A stretch of 64,000 bases of DNA from an uncultured Alphaproteobacteria bacterium (GTDB taxonomy: Bacteria; Pseudomonadota; Alphaproteobacteria; Micropepsales; Micropepsaceae). This document shows positions 11,507-23,427 of this stretch, piece by piece. The notes beneath the pieces were generated by a model, which saw only the letters and a list, made by a program, of their open reading frames with translations, had not been told where the DNA came from and did not search any database. The position numbers and the translations under genes were made by a program. Each line of letters starts with the position of its first letter. Position 1 is the stretch's first letter. The stretch is from contig CAVTLJ010000002.1 of assembly GCA_963735625.1 (NCBI GenBank), forward strand, positions 21,777 through 85,776. The letters run 5' to 3'.

Positions 11507-13691
11507 TCATTTCGTCGGATGGGCCTGAGCCCAGGCCGCCTGCGCCGATTGCAGTACATAAGCACGGATCGCCGCCACGTCATCCTTGGTCAGTATGTCG
11601 CCGAAGGAGGCCATGCCCGCGTCCTGAAGCGCGCCGCCCATCACGATGGGGTCGTACTCGTTCCAGATTTCCGGCGGCACCATGCGCAGATCGGGCACCT
11701 CGCGCGAGGACGCCAGCAACACGCCATGACACACCGCGCAATTCTGGTGGTAGATGCCGAAGCCCTTGGCGGCGAGCGCCGTATCGACTTTCTCGGCGGG
11801 CGGCGCGGCAGCGCCCGACCACGTATCGCCCATGATGGGCTTCACATTCTTATAGCCGCCGATTTTGAAGGCGAAGATGCGGCCCTGATTGTTGCCGTAT
11901 TTCATCACGGGGGTTTGCGTGTCGCCGGTAGCGCCCAATCCGCCCGAACCGCCGAAGGCCGCCGCAATCGCCACATATTGCTCGCCATCGACCGTGTAGG
12001 TGATCGCGGGCGCGGTCATCGCGGTTTTCAGATCGATGCGACCACAGCTTCGCGCCGGTCTTCGCATCGTAAGCGGCGAAGATTCCGTCCGAGCCGCCCG
12101 CGAACAGCAAGCCGCCCGCCGTCGTCAGCATGCCGCTGTTCCAGCGCGCCGGTCATCGGCACCTGCCACACCATCTTCTGCGCCACGGGATCCCACGCGC
12201 GGATCCAGCCTTTCGCGGGCGGCGGCGGATGGCCCGCCATGATCGCGCCGAGCACGATCTGTCCGAGCTGCGCGAAGTCGCTCACGTTCCACGCGCCGGG
12301 CTTGTATTCGAGGTCCTTCTGCTGGGCGTAGATGAAGCTGCCGTCGATCACCGGAATATAGACAAGCCCTGTTTGCGGATCGAACGACATGGGCTGCCAA
12401 TTGTGCGCGCCGATGGGGCCGGGAATTTGCGCGGAGAAATTCTTGCCGTAGCGCGCGGTGGGATTTTCGATTGGCCGGCCGGTTTTCATGTCGACGCCGC
12501 TTCGCCCAGGAGATCGTCGTGTAAGGCTTCGCCGAGATCAGCTTTCCCGTCGCGCGGTCGATCACATAGAAGAAGCCGTTCTTCGGCGCCTGCATCATCA
12601 CTTTGCGCTTGACGCCATCGATGATGAGTTCGGCGAGGATCAGGTGCTGTGTTGCGGTGTAATCCCAATCGTCGCCGGGCGTCGTCTGGTAGTACCAGAC
12701 GAGCTCGCCCGTATCGGGGCGCAGCGCCACGATGGATGAGAGATAGAGATTGTCGCCGCCGCCGGGCGAACGCAGGTTGCGGTTCCACGACACGCCATTG
12801 CCCGTGCCGATATAGATGAGATCGAGATCGGGATCGTAGGCCATCGAATCCCACGGCGTGCCGCCGCCGCCCTGCTCCCACCATTTGTGATCGGTGCCGC
12901 CGGTGGACCAGGTTTTCAGCGCCGCCGCCATCGCGGCATCTTCGGGCGGCTGCTTGGGATCGCCCGGCACGCAATAGAAGCGCCAGATCTGGCGGCCCGT
13001 ATCGGCGTCGTAGGCGGTGAGATAACCGCGCACGCCATATTCCGCGCCGCCATTGCCGATCAGCACCATGCCTTTGACGATGCGCGGCGCGCCGGTGATG
13101 GTGTAGGGCCGGTTGCGATCGACGGTGTTGATGTCCCACGTCGACCTTGCCGGTTTTGGCGTCGAGCTTGACGAGGCGGCCGTCGAGCGTGCCGACATAG
13201 ACCGCACCCTTCCACACCGCGACACCGCGATTGACGACATCGCAGCACGCATAGCGGCCCCATTGCCCCGCGACATGCGGATCGTAGGCCCAAATCTGCT
13301 GGCCGGTTTTGGCGTCGAGCGCCCACACCTTGCTCCACGAGCCGGTGACGAACATCACGCCGTCCGACACGATGGGCGTGGATTCCAGACCGCGTATCGT
13401 ATCGGTGCGGAATTCCCACGCGACGCCGAGGTCCTTCACATTCGATTTGTCGATTGCATTGAGCGGCGAAAAGCGCTGCTCGGAATAGGTGCGCCCGTTC
13501 GACAGCCAGTCGCCATCGGCCTGATGCTCGATTGCCGCGCCGTCGATGGAATCGATGGAGGCAAGCCGCTGATTGAGCGACGGCCCCGTCATCCGCGGCG
13601 CGGCGTGATGGAGCGCCAGATGCACCGGCGCTGCCAGAAGGATCACAAGAATGATGATGGCTTCGGCGAAGCCCGCAAGGCGCGAATTCAT
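11507..13691 (-). CDS. PQQ-dependent quinohemoprotein alcohol dehydrogenase (two frameshifts)
   Basis: EQRFSPL, vicinal Cys in [43 protein letters not shown]-terminal cytochrome c motif CAVCH. Confidence 0.92.
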
Positions 13692-13961
13692 GGGCGTTTC
13701 CCGTTCCCGAACGCGAGCCGATCTGACGCCGGCATCGACGCGAGGTTAGAGAGAGCGCCGTGTTCCGACAAGTTGTCAGGAAAGCCCGCCAAAACCGCGC
13801 GCCAACGCGAAAATCCGCATGGGCGGTCCCTATAATTTACGATGTATATTGAAAAAACGGGGATGTCATGGAGGATTTTCAGGTTTCCATGGCGCCATGG
13901 AGCGGACCGGCGCACAATTGCCGCTTGAAGCGGATCGCAGAATCCGCCTCGGGAGGACGCC

Positions 13962-14099
13962 ATGGCATTGGTCCATCATACGGACCGGGCGCATGATCTA
14001 TCCTTGATCGGCCTGGTGCTGGTTGTTTTCGGAATTATCGCGGTTGCGGCCTTTTGCGTGAGATTGGTCATGGATCAGGTGTTTTCGCTGATCTGGTAG
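13962..14099 (+). CDS. Putative 45-aa small membrane protein (not in the ORF track)
   Basis: GGGAGG RBS 5 nt before ATG; MALVHHTDRAHDLSLIGLVLVVFGIIAVAAFCVRLVMDQVFSLIW has one hydrophobic helix. Confidence 0.55.
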   Translation: MALVHHTDRAHDLSLIGLVLVVFGIIAVAAFCVRLVMDQVFSLIW

Positions 14100-14267
14100 G
14101 CCGCGCAACATTCTTGCGCCGCGGGCTAAATCGCGCGGCATAGCTGTCATGCTATTCAAATCCGGGATTTGCGGACTACATTGTTGCGAGTGCGAAGGGC
14201 GATAGAGTCCGGAGCCATTTTCTGCCGTTTGACAGCCTGTTCCCCAATCGCACCCGAGTGATCCCGT

Positions 14268-15386
14268 ATGAGTTATTGTGTATCGAAGTCTCTGGGCCTT
14301 TATCTGGCCGTGGCGGCATGTTTTGCGGCAACCGGCTGCGGGCCGTCCAAACCGCAAGGACCGCCGCCGCCGGATGTCGGCGTCGTCGTCATTCGCGCCC
14401 AGCCTGTGCAACTCACCACCGTCCTTCCCGGGCGCACCGATCCTTACGCGGTCTCCGAAGTGCGCCCGCAGGTGAACGGCATCCTGAAAGCGCGCCTGTT
14501 CGAGGAAGGCAGCACTGTGACCGCCGGTCAGCCGCTCTATCAGATCGATCCGGCGCTCTATCGGGCAGCCTATGACAACGCGCGCGCCGCACTCGCGACG
14601 GCCAAGGAAAAAGCCGACCGCTATGCGGCGCTGGTCAAGATGAACGCGATTGCGCCGCAGGATTACGACGACGCTTTGGCCGGATACAAACAGGCGCTCG
14701 CCAATGCGCAGGCCGCGCGCATCAATCTGGACTACACCAAAATCACCGCGCCGATTTCGGGGCGCATCGGCCGCTCGTCGGTGACGCAAGGCGCGCTCGT
14801 CACCGCCAATCAGACAACGGCCCTTGCAACCATCCAGACGCTCGATCCGATCTATGTGGACATCACCCAATCCAGCACCGAGCTTTTGAATCTCAAGCTC
14901 GCCATGGAAGGCGGACATCTCACGCAGAGCGGCCCGGCCGATGCGCGCGTGACGCTGGAACTGGACAATGGCGTGAAATATCCCCTGCCCGGCACGCTGC
15001 AATTCAGCGAAGTGACCGTCGATCCGGCGACCGGCAACGTCACGCTGCGCGCGATCTTCCCCAATCCCGACGGCGTGCTGCTTCCCGGCATGTTCGTGCG
15101 CGCCACGATCATCGAAGGCGTGCAGACCAACGGCATTCTGGCGCCCCAGCGCGGCATCAGCCGCAACGAGAAAGGCGATCCCATCGCGCTGATCGTGGAC
15201 AACAAGGGTATCGTGCGCATGCGGGCGCTGAAGACGGGGCAAGCGGTCGGCGACAATTGGCTGGTGACGAGCGGGCTTAAAGCCGGCGACAGGCTGATCG
15301 TGGAGGGCTTGCAGAAAGTTCAGCCCGACACGCCGGCCCATGCTGTCGCCTTCAAGCCGGCGCCGGTCAAGCCGGACGGAACCTGA
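14268..15386 (+). CDS. acrA: RND efflux periplasmic adaptor subunit (AcrA/MexA family)
   Basis: Lipobox-like [43 protein letters not shown]. Confidence 0.93.
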   Translation: MSYCVSKSLGLYLAVAACFAATGCGPSKPQGPPPPDVGVVVIRAQPVQLTTVLPGRTDPYAVSEVRPQVNGILKARLFEEGSTVTAGQPLYQIDPALYRAAYDNARAALATAKEKADRYAALVKMNAIAPQDYDDALAGYKQALANAQAARINLDYTKITAPISGRIGRSSVTQGALVTANQTTALATIQTLDPIYVDITQSSTELLNLKLAMEGGHLTQSGPADARVTLELDNGVKYPLPGTLQFSEVTVDPATGNVTLRAIFPNPDGVLLPGMFVRATIIEGVQTNGILAPQRGISRNEKGDPIALIVDNKGIVRMRALKTGQAVGDNWLVTSGLKAGDRLIVEGLQKVQPDTPAHAVAFKPAPVKPDGT

Positions 15387-18300
15387 TGGGCATTTCGCAA
15401 TTCTTCATCGAACGGCCGGTTTTTGCCTGGGTGATCGCCATTGTGATCGCGCTGATGGGCGTGCTCGCCATCAACACGCTGCCGATTACCCAATATCCCA
15501 CCATCGCGCCGCCCGCGGTGAACATTTCGGCGACCTATCCCGGCGCGGACGCACTCACGGTGCAGAATTCGGTGACGCAGGTGATCGAGCAGCAGCTCAC
15601 CGGCGTGGACAATCTTCTCTATTTTTCTTCGTCCAGCAGTTCGAATGGGCAGGTTTCCATCACCGCCACCTTCGCGCCGGGAACCAATCCCGACATCGCC
15701 CAGGTGCAGGTGCAGAACAAGGTGCAGCAGGCGCTGCCGCGATTGCCGCAGGAGGTGCAGCAGCAGGGCGTGGTCGTGCGCAAATCGCAGAGCAACTTCC
15801 TCCTGATCGTGGCGCTTTATGACGTCAGCGGGCGCTACACCAATGTCGATATCTCCGACTTCCTCGCGAGCAAATTGGTGGACCCGCTCTCGCGCATTCC
15901 CGGCGTCGGACAGGCGCAAGTGTTCGGTTCGTCCTATGCCATGCGTATCTGGCTCGACCCCTTCAAGCTCAACAGCTACGCGCTCACGCCGGCGGATGTT
16001 CACAACGCGATATTGGCGCAGAATGTTCAGGTTTCCGCGGGCGAACTGGGTGGATTGCCGGCCGTTCCCGGCCAGCAACTCAATGCAACCGTCACCGCGC
16101 AGTCGCGGCTGGAAACGCCCGCACAGTTCCGCAACATCGTTCTGAAAAGCACACCGGACGGCGCCATCGTTCGCCTCGGCGATGTCGCGCGCGTGGAGCT
16201 TGGCGCGCAGAGCTACGCGATCACCAGCCAGATGAACGGCCATCCCGCCGCCGGTATCGCGATCCAGTTGGCGCCCGGCGCGAACGCACTCACCACGGCG
16301 GATGCGGTCAAGGCGAAGGCGAGCGATCTGGTGGCGTCGTTCCCGCCCGGCGTGAAATTGTCGTTTCCGGTCGATAACACCACCTTCATCCGCCTGTCGA
16401 TCAACGACGTCATCAAGACGCTGATCGAGGCGACGTTGCTGGTCGTGCTGGTGATGTTTGTCTTTCTCCAGCACTGGCGCACGACGCTGATCCCGGCCAT
16501 CGCCGTGCCGGTCGTGCTGCTCGGCACCTTCGGGGTACTTTCCGCCTTCGGCTATTCGATCAACACGCTCACGATGTTTGCGCTGGTGCTGGCCATCGGC
16601 CTGCTTGTCGATGACGCCATCGTGGTGGTGGAAAACGTCGAGCGATTGATGCGCGAGGAAGGCCTTTCGCCCAAGGACGCGACCAAGAAATCGATGCAGG
16701 AAATCACCGGCGCGCTGATCGGCATCGCGCTGGTCCTGTCGGCGGTGTTTCTGCCGATGGCTTTCTTCGGCGGATCGACGGGCGTGATCTATCGCCAATT
16801 CTCCGTCACCATCGTCTCGGCGATGGTGCTGTCGATCACGGTGGCGCTGGTCCTCACGCCTGCCCTTTGCGCCACACTGCTCAGGCCCGTTGCCAAAGAC
16901 GGCGCGCCGCTGCATGGCCGCTTCTTCACCTGGTTCAACGAGACCTTCGAATATGGCCGGGAGCGCTATCGCGATGCGCTCGACCGCTTCCTCGGCTGGA
17001 CGCGGCCCGCATTGCTTATCTATGCCGCCATCATCGCCGTTCTTGTTATCCTCTTCCTTCGCCTGCCGACCGCATTCCTGCCGGAGGAAGATCAAGGCGC
17101 GATCATCACGCAATTCACGCTGCCCGTCGGCGCCACGCAATCGCGCACGCTCGCCGTCGCCAAAAAAGTCCAGGACTTTTACATGCAGGACCCCGACACC
17201 GCCTTCGTCTTCACGGTGGCGGGTTTCAGCTTCGCGGGCGCGGGCCAGAATTCCGGCCTCGCTTTCGTGCGCCTGAGGGACTGGAGCCTGCGCACGGCGG
17301 CGAAGGATCGCGCGCCGGCAATCGTGCAACGCGCGATGATGGCGTTCTCCAAAATCCGCGACGCCATGGTGTTCGCGCTGGTGCCGCCCGCCGTGCGGGA
17401 GCTTGGCCAATCTTCCGGCTTCGATCTGGAGATGGAGGACCGCGGCGATTTGGGCCATGACGGATTGATGAAAGCGCGCAACGAATTTCTGGGCCTTGCG
17501 GCGCAGGATCCGCTGCTCTACGGCGTGCGCCCCAACGGGCTGGACGACACCTCGCAACTGCATATCGACATCGATCAGGAAAAAGCCGCCGCACTCGGCA
17601 TCTCGATTGCCGACATCAACGCCACGCTGAATGCGGCGTGGGGCGGGCTGTTCGTCAACGATTTCGTGGATCGCGGCCGCGTCAAGCAGGTCTATATGCA
17701 GGCCGATGCGCCCTATCGCATGAAGCCCGACGATCTTTATCGCTGGTATGTGCGCAGTTCGACCGGCGAGATGGCGTCGTTTTCCTCCTTCGCCACATTC
17801 AACTGGCAACTCGGACCCGCCAAGCTCGAACGCTATAATGGTGTGGGCTCGCTGGAAATTCAGGGCGCGCCCGCGCCGGGCCAAAGCTCCGGCACGGCGA
17901 TGGACGAAGTTCAAAAGCTGTTCCGGAAATTGCCCAAGGGCGTGGGGCTGGAATGGACGGGGCTTTCCTATCAGGAGCGTCAGGCCGGTTCGCAGATCTA
18001 CACGCTTTATGGAATTTCGGTGCTGGTGGTGTTCCTGCTGCTGGCCGCACTCTACGAAAGCTGGTCGATACCCTTGAGCGTGATGCTGGTCATTCCGCTG
18101 GGCATCGTGGGCGCGATTTTGGCGGCGACACTGCGCGGCCTCTACAACGATATTTATTTTCAGGTCGGCCTGCTCACCACGATGGGCCTTGCCGCGAAAA
18201 ACGCGATCCTGATCGTGGAATTCGCGGTGGATGCGCAGAAGCGCGGCGAAAGCGTGCGCGATGCGGCGGTGGCCGGTGCCAGGCTGCGCCTGCGCCCAAT

Positions 18301-18481
18301 CCTGATGACGTCGCTTGCCTTCATCGCGGGCGTCATTCCGCTGGCGGTTTCGACGGGCGCGGGTGCGGCCAGCCAAAACGACATCGGCACCGGCGTCATC
18401 GGCGGCATGCTTACCGCAACGGTGCTGGCGATATTCTTCGTTCCGCTGTTTTACGAAATCGTGCGCGACCGTTTCGGATAA
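15386..18481 (+). CDS. acrB: RND efflux permease (AcrB/HAE1 family)
   Basis: Intact 1031 aa; [48 protein letters not shown]. Confidence 0.96.
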   Translation: MGISQFFIERPVFAWVIAIVIALMGVLAINTLPITQYPTIAPPAVNISATYPGADALTVQNSVTQVIEQQLTGVDNLLYFSSSSSSNGQVSITATFAPGTNPDIAQVQVQNKVQQALPRLPQEVQQQGVVVRKSQSNFLLIVALYDVSGRYTNVDISDFLASKLVDPLSRIPGVGQAQVFGSSYAMRIWLDPFKLNSYALTPADVHNAILAQNVQVSAGELGGLPAVPGQQLNATVTAQSRLETPAQFRNIVLKSTPDGAIVRLGDVARVELGAQSYAITSQMNGHPAAGIAIQLAPGANALTTADAVKAKASDLVASFPPGVKLSFPVDNTTFIRLSINDVIKTLIEATLLVVLVMFVFLQHWRTTLIPAIAVPVVLLGTFGVLSAFGYSINTLTMFALVLAIGLLVDDAIVVVENVERLMREEGLSPKDATKKSMQEITGALIGIALVLSAVFLPMAFFGGSTGVIYRQFSVTIVSAMVLSITVALVLTPALCATLLRPVAKDGAPLHGRFFTWFNETFEYGRERYRDALDRFLGWTRPALLIYAAIIAVLVILFLRLPTAFLPEEDQGAIITQFTLPVGATQSRTLAVAKKVQDFYMQDPDTAFVFTVAGFSFAGAGQNSGLAFVRLRDWSLRTAAKDRAPAIVQRAMMAFSKIRDAMVFALVPPAVRELGQSSGFDLEMEDRGDLGHDGLMKARNEFLGLAAQDPLLYGVRPNGLDDTSQLHIDIDQEKAAALGISIADINATLNAAWGGLFVNDFVDRGRVKQVYMQADAPYRMKPDDLYRWYVRSSTGEMASFSSFATFNWQLGPAKLERYNGVGSLEIQGAPAPGQSSGTAMDEVQKLFRKLPKGVGLEWTGLSYQERQAGSQIYTLYGISVLVVFLLLAALYESWSIPLSVMLVIPLGIVGAILAATLRGLYNDIYFQVGLLTTMGLAAKNAILIVEFAVDAQKRGESVRDAAVAGARLRLRPILMTSLAFIAGVIPLAVSTGAGAASQNDIGTGVIGGMLTATVLAIFFVPLFYEIVRDRFG

Positions 18482-18661
18482 CGCCCTTCTCTCCGTCGAA
18501 ACGCGCGAGGCCCAATGGGGTTCCGCCCGTTCGCGCGCGTGGAGAATGCACCGAGATTTCAGGGACTTCCCGGTTTGGAATTTTCTTGCGGGAACTTTCC
18601 GCCGTTGCCCGCGTTTGTCCTTCCGGTCCATGGTTTACTGCCATTGTGGGCGGGTCGGGGC

Positions 18662-20605
18662 ATGTCTGGGGGCAAGTTCACCGCTGTTCGGCGCACGATT
18701 CCGGCCTGTTTGGCCGTCTTTTTGGCATGCGTGGTCCGTGCGCCCTGCGCGCAAGCCGAAGAACCATCCAGCCCGGTCGATCTTGAGAATCTCTCCATCG
18801 CGCAATTGGCCAATCTGGATATCACTTCGGTCTCCAAAACGTCCCAACCGTTGAGCAAAGCTCCCGCCGCCGTTTATGTGATAACCCATGACGAGATTGT
18901 GAGCTCCGGCGCGCGATCGATTCCGGAAATTCTTCGCCTCGCGCCGAACCTTCAGGTGATGCAGACGAGCCCGAGCAATTATGTCATCACGTCGCGCGGT
19001 CTCAGCGGCAACAATGCGGACCAGAATTTCCCCGACAAGCTTCTCGTCCTCATCGATGGCCGCAGCGTTTATTCGCCGCTTTATTCCGGCGTGTATTGGG
19101 ACATGCAGGGGGTCCTGCCCGAGGATATCGAACGCATCGAAGTGATCAGCGGACCGGGCGCCACGCTATGGGGCGCAAACGCGGTCAACGGCGTCATCAA
19201 TATCATCACCCGCAAAGCCGCCGATACGCAAGGTGGCGTCCTTGCTCTTGGCGCCGGAAATTTGGGGAGCGGCGCGAGCCTGCAATATGGAGGAATGCTG
19301 GGCGACAATCTCGCCTATCGCGTTTACGCGAGCGATTTCTACGACAAAGCGTTCGACCGGCCCGGCGGATCGAACGCGCATGACGGATGGACGAGGCCCC
19401 AAGGCGGTTTCCGGCTCGACTGGTCTTCCGATGCCAATATTTTTTCGCTACAGGGCGATCTTTATAGCGGAGCCGAAAAACAGGCCGGCGCGCCCAATCA
19501 GGACATCTCCGGCGCCGATCTGGTCGGGCACATGCAACATTCCTTCGACGACGGATCGACGCTGCAAATCCAGACCTATTACGACCGGACAAGGCGCGCC
19601 ACGGCCGGCGGCGGCGCATTCACCCTCAACACCTACGATCTCGACGTCCAGCACAATTTTACGTTTGGCTCGTGGAACAGCATCGTGTGGGGTGCGGGCG
19701 TGCGCATCGACCAATATCGCATTACGAGCCGGATTTCGCCCGCGTCGTCGCTTCTCTTCGTTCCGCCCAATCGCACGCTCGATCTCGAAAATTTCTTCGT
19801 TCAGGATAATATCTCTCTTGGCAGCGCGCTTGACGTCGTTCTGGGGATGAAACTCGAGAACGATCCCTATTCGGGGCTTACGCCGATGCCGAGCGTGCGC
19901 TTTTCGTGGAACATCGACGACACGACGATGCTCTGGGGTGCTATTTCCCGCGCCATTCGCTCGCCGACGCCGTTCGACGTCGATGTGGTCGAGAAGCTCG
20001 GCCCCACGCCGTTTCTCGGCGGAAACCCGAACTTCGAACCCGAAAAGCTTACCGCCTACGAAGCCGGATACCGCGGCGAATTTTTGCCGGACGTTTCCGT
20101 CTCCGTCTCGCTGTTCGATGACGTTTACGACGATCTCAAGAGCATCGAATTCGGGCCTCCATTCCTGCAATGGGGCAACATGATGAAAGGCAATATTTAC
20201 GGCGTGCAGGCATGGGCAAGCTATGATGTGAACACATGGTGGCGGCTCTCCGCGGGCGCCACGGCGCAACGGGAAGATTTTCGCTTCAAGCCCGGCGCGA
20301 GCGGGCTGCTTGGCGTTGCCCAGGCCGGCGACGATCCCAAATATCAGGCTTCGCTGCATTCCTCCATGCGCCTCAGCGATGCCGTGAGCCTTCAAACGGA
20401 TTGGCGGTATGTCAGCGCCCTGCCCGATCCCAAAGTTCCGGGCTATGTCGAACTCAACGCCAGTCTCGACTGGAAAATCTCGGACAGCGTCCGGCTTTCC
20501 CTGTCGGGATTCAATCTGCTGCACGCAAAACATCTGGAATTCACTGCGCCTCCAAGCGACGAAGTGGAGCGCAGTTTCTACATCGAAACGGAATGGCGAT
20601 TCTGA
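18662..20605 (+). CDS. TonB-dependent receptor
   Basis: Signal peptide, plug motif IERIEVISGPGATLWGANAVNGVINIIT, barrel ending in terminal Phe (ETEWRF); alternative start at 18515. Confidence 0.93.
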   Translation: MSGGKFTAVRRTIPACLAVFLACVVRAPCAQAEEPSSPVDLENLSIAQLANLDITSVSKTSQPLSKAPAAVYVITHDEIVSSGARSIPEILRLAPNLQVMQTSPSNYVITSRGLSGNNADQNFPDKLLVLIDGRSVYSPLYSGVYWDMQGVLPEDIERIEVISGPGATLWGANAVNGVINIITRKAADTQGGVLALGAGNLGSGASLQYGGMLGDNLAYRVYASDFYDKAFDRPGGSNAHDGWTRPQGGFRLDWSSDANIFSLQGDLYSGAEKQAGAPNQDISGADLVGHMQHSFDDGSTLQIQTYYDRTRRATAGGGAFTLNTYDLDVQHNFTFGSWNSIVWGAGVRIDQYRITSRISPASSLLFVPPNRTLDLENFFVQDNISLGSALDVVLGMKLENDPYSGLTPMPSVRFSWNIDDTTMLWGAISRAIRSPTPFDVDVVEKLGPTPFLGGNPNFEPEKLTAYEAGYRGEFLPDVSVSVSLFDDVYDDLKSIEFGPPFLQWGNMMKGNIYGVQAWASYDVNTWWRLSAGATAQREDFRFKPGASGLLGVAQAGDDPKYQASLHSSMRLSDAVSLQTDWRYVSALPDPKVPGYVELNASLDWKISDSVRLSLSGFNLLHAKHLEFTAPPSDEVERSFYIETEWRF

Positions 20606-20640
20606 TGCACGACATTTAGTGGTACGTTTGGGGCAGTGAT

Positions 20641-21219
20641 ATGAGGCGGGGTGCGCGCGCGATAACCGGCTTGCGAGTGCGGCTTCTGCTTGCCCTCTCG
20701 GGATTGTTGCTGACGGCGAACACGGACGCGCGCGCCGGGGCTTCTTTCGAATACGCCATCAAGGCAACGTTTCTCTACAAATTCATTCCGTTCGTCGCCT
20801 GGCCGGCGTCGGTGTTTCCCTCGCCCGCGAGCCCGGTCACGATTTGCCTTTACGGCTCCGACCCGTTCGGACGGGGCCTGGACCAGGCCGTCGCCGACCA
20901 GAAGGAAAGCGAAAGACCGATCGTCGTGCGCCGGATAAATGCGATAGCCGACATCGACAAGTGCCAGGAACTCTTCATCGGCGCCAGCGGCCCGCAAGAG
21001 GATTCCGATCTGCTGCGCGCGGCCGGGAACAAACCCATACTCACCGTCACCGATTCCGGCGCGCCACCGGACGCGCATGGCATTATCGACTTCGTCATCG
21101 ATGCCAACCATGTTCGTTTCGATATCGACGATGCGGCGGCAGCCAGAAACAATCTCGATATCAGCTCCAAGCTGCTTGCGCTGGCACATGCGGTCACGCC
21201 AAAAGAGGGCGCGCCATGA
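20641..21219 (+). CDS. YfiR family (DUF4154) periplasmic protein
   Basis: Signal peptide; EYAIKATFLYKFIPFVAWP, ICLYGSDPF, CQELFI, ILTVTD, LDISSKLLALA. Confidence 0.88.
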   Translation: MRRGARAITGLRVRLLLALSGLLLTANTDARAGASFEYAIKATFLYKFIPFVAWPASVFPSPASPVTICLYGSDPFGRGLDQAVADQKESERPIVVRRINAIADIDKCQELFIGASGPQEDSDLLRAAGNKPILTVTDSGAPPDAHGIIDFVIDANHVRFDIDDAAAARNNLDISSKLLALAHAVTPKEGAP

Positions 21220-22595
21220 AGCGCATGCTAAGAGGCGAACAATCGCCCATGCTCGTCTTTGCGATTGCGGTGGCCGCCTTCGTGCTCGTGGCCGGTATCG
21301 CCACGGCGGCTTATGAAGAGGAGCTCTACAACGCGCAGAACGAGAAGGCGATCAACGAACAGGCGCAAATCCTGGCCGCGAGCGTCGAAGCGGCGGTCTT
21401 CTTCGGCGACGCGAGGACCGCCCAGGAATATATCGACGCGCTGAAGGTCAACCCCCAAATCGAGGCGGCAGCCGTATACGACAAGGACGGCCGCGTTTTT
21501 GCGCAGTTCACACAGGCCGGCAAGGGCGTATCGCCCCGCACCGTGTCGGGATTGGAGACGGGGCTGCGGGACGGTCATCTCAATGTCACCGTCCCGGTCA
21601 TGCAAGAACGCGCCAGAGTCGGCACGATTTACCTGCGCGCCCGCAGCGAAGCGGTCCAGCGGCAAATTCTGCGTTATACGGGCATCGCGCTTTTGCTGAT
21701 CATGGGCGCCACCGTGCTTACGGTGATCGGCATGTCGCAACGCGCGCTGACGCGCGTGAATGCGGAACTTGAACGCCGGGCGAAAGACTTGTCCCTCAGC
21801 AACGCCCAGCTTCAGGCCGAAATGGAAGAACGCAGGAAAACGGAAGCAGCCCTTCGCCAAAGCCAGAAAATGGAGGCGATGGGCCAGCTATCCGGCGGCA
21901 TCGCGCACGACTTCAACAACCTTATCACCATCATAAAGGGAAGCCTTCAACTCCTGCGTCGCCGTCTGGCGCAAGGAAAGCCCGATATTTCGCGCTATAT
22001 CGATTCGGCGGAAGAAGGCCTCAATCGCGCGAGCAGCCTCACCCAGCGCATCCTTGCTTTCTCCCGCCAGCAACCGCTCTCGCCAAAGCCGGTCCTGCTC
22101 GACCGGCTTATCAAGGGAATGATGGAGCTGATCCGCCAATCCGTGGGCGATGGCATTGAAATTCAAACCGGCCTCCAGGCCGCATGGTGGACGATTTGCG
22201 ACGCCAACCAGATGGAAAACGTGATTCTCAATCTCGCGATCAACGCGCGCGATGCCATGCCCGAGGGCGGCCGTCTTTTTATCGAGACGCGCCAGATCGA
22301 GAATGCAACCCAATCCGACATCGCGGATTTCATACCGGGCGACTATGTGGAGCTGACCTTGCGCGATACCGGTGCGGGCATGTCCGAGGAGGTGCGGCAG
22401 CGCGCCTTCGATCCCTTTTTCACCACCAAGCCGCAGGGCCGGGGGACCGGGCTCGGCCTCAGCATGACATTCGGTTTTGTACGCCAATCGAACGGTTATC
22501 TCAGGATCGATACCGAACTGGGAAAAGGAACCGCCATCGTAATTCTCATGCCGCGTTACGTCGCGGCGCAACAGACCGCAGAGGAATATCAATGA
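21216..22595 (+). CDS. Membrane sensor histidine kinase (periplasmic sensor between two TMs, CckA-type core)
   Basis: ATGA overlap with yfiR; [52 protein letters not shown]. Confidence 0.92.
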   Translation: MKRMLRGEQSPMLVFAIAVAAFVLVAGIATAAYEEELYNAQNEKAINEQAQILAASVEAAVFFGDARTAQEYIDALKVNPQIEAAAVYDKDGRVFAQFTQAGKGVSPRTVSGLETGLRDGHLNVTVPVMQERARVGTIYLRARSEAVQRQILRYTGIALLLIMGATVLTVIGMSQRALTRVNAELERRAKDLSLSNAQLQAEMEERRKTEAALRQSQKMEAMGQLSGGIAHDFNNLITIIKGSLQLLRRRLAQGKPDISRYIDSAEEGLNRASSLTQRILAFSRQQPLSPKPVLLDRLIKGMMELIRQSVGDGIEIQTGLQAAWWTICDANQMENVILNLAINARDAMPEGGRLFIETRQIENATQSDIADFIPGDYVELTLRDTGAGMSEEVRQRAFDPFFTTKPQGRGTGLGLSMTFGFVRQSNGYLRIDTELGKGTAIVILMPRYVAAQQTAEEYQ

Positions 22596-22981
22596 CCATT
22601 GAACCATCGAATACGCTGCCGACCCTTCTCATCGCCGAAGACGAGATCGTGCTGCGCATGCTGGCCGTGGAAATGCTGCGCGATGCGGGGCTCGTCGTGC
22701 TCGAAGCGGGAAACGGCGTGGAGGCGCTGGCGATGCTGCAAGCCAACCCGCAAATCGGCCTGCTGATTTCCGACATCAAGATGCCCCAGATGAACGGATA
22801 CGAGCTCGCCGAACTGGGCTTGACGCTCATGCCCGGCCTGAAAGTTTTGCTGTTGACCGGCTATTCGGAAAATCCGTCGCCGGAAAAACTGCGCCAGGCC
22901 GACATCCGGATCCTGCACAAGCCTTTCGATCTGGAACAGCTATGCGCCGTCGCCCAGGATATGCTCGGCGTTGCGCATTGA
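22592..22981 (+). CDS. Single-domain response regulator
   Basis: ATGA overlap with the kinase; LIAEDE, LLISDIKMPQMNG, TGY, KPF; no output domain. Confidence 0.92.
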   Translation: MTIEPSNTLPTLLIAEDEIVLRMLAVEMLRDAGLVVLEAGNGVEALAMLQANPQIGLLISDIKMPQMNGYELAELGLTLMPGLKVLLLTGYSENPSPEKLRQADIRILHKPFDLEQLCAVAQDMLGVAH

Positions 22982-23195
22982 CGCATCGCCGATTCGCTTC
23001 CCGGTGGCTTGGCCCGGCGCACGCCGGAGCCGGGATGGCGTTGTTGAAAGCCCGTGACCGCGCCAGTGGCTAGCGGCCCAAGAGCGTGAAATTTCCCTGC
23101 TTCCAGAGGCTTTGGGCGGGTCAGAGCCCGGCCCGCGGGTGGATTCCCCGCATTGGGGTGGCCTGCCAGCCGAAGCTCGCGAAGCGAGCGAAGGC

Positions 23196-23272
23196 TGGTA
23201 CAGCTGGGTGGGTTCGAACCGCCGACCTCCGGATCCACAATCCGGCGCTCTAACCAACTGAGCTACAGCTGC
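23196..23272 (-). tRNA. tRNA-His(GTG)
   Basis: GCAGCTGTAGCTCAGTTGGTTAGAGCGCCGGATTGTGGATCCGGAGGTCGGCGGTTCGAACCCACCCAGCTGTACCA forms a cloverleaf; CCA encoded. Confidence 0.97.
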
Positions 23273-23427
23273 ATGGGAATAAAATAGGCCCGAAGCGGGC
23301 CGGAAACTAGGTGGGCTCACCCCCAAATGCAAGCAGGCCGCGCCCATCCTCGCATTGACATCGCGCCCCGGCGCGTCATGGTTGGCCCGCGGCTCCGGCG
23401 CGTGCGCGCGGGGGAGAAACACGGTTC

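Noticed and set aside
11507-13691. Lanthanide-dependent PQQ dehydrogenase
   Set aside because: The active-site motif is WDYT, lacking the extra Asp (WDYD) diagnostic of lanthanide binding.
15320-18631. 1103-aa antisense ORF (and many similar shadow ORFs)
   Set aside because: It mirrors acrB on the other strand; long stop-free antisense frames are expected in high-GC coding DNA and show no motifs.
22861-23422. ORFs overlapping tRNA-His
   Set aside because: They run through the tRNA and the adjacent palindrome with no protein motifs.
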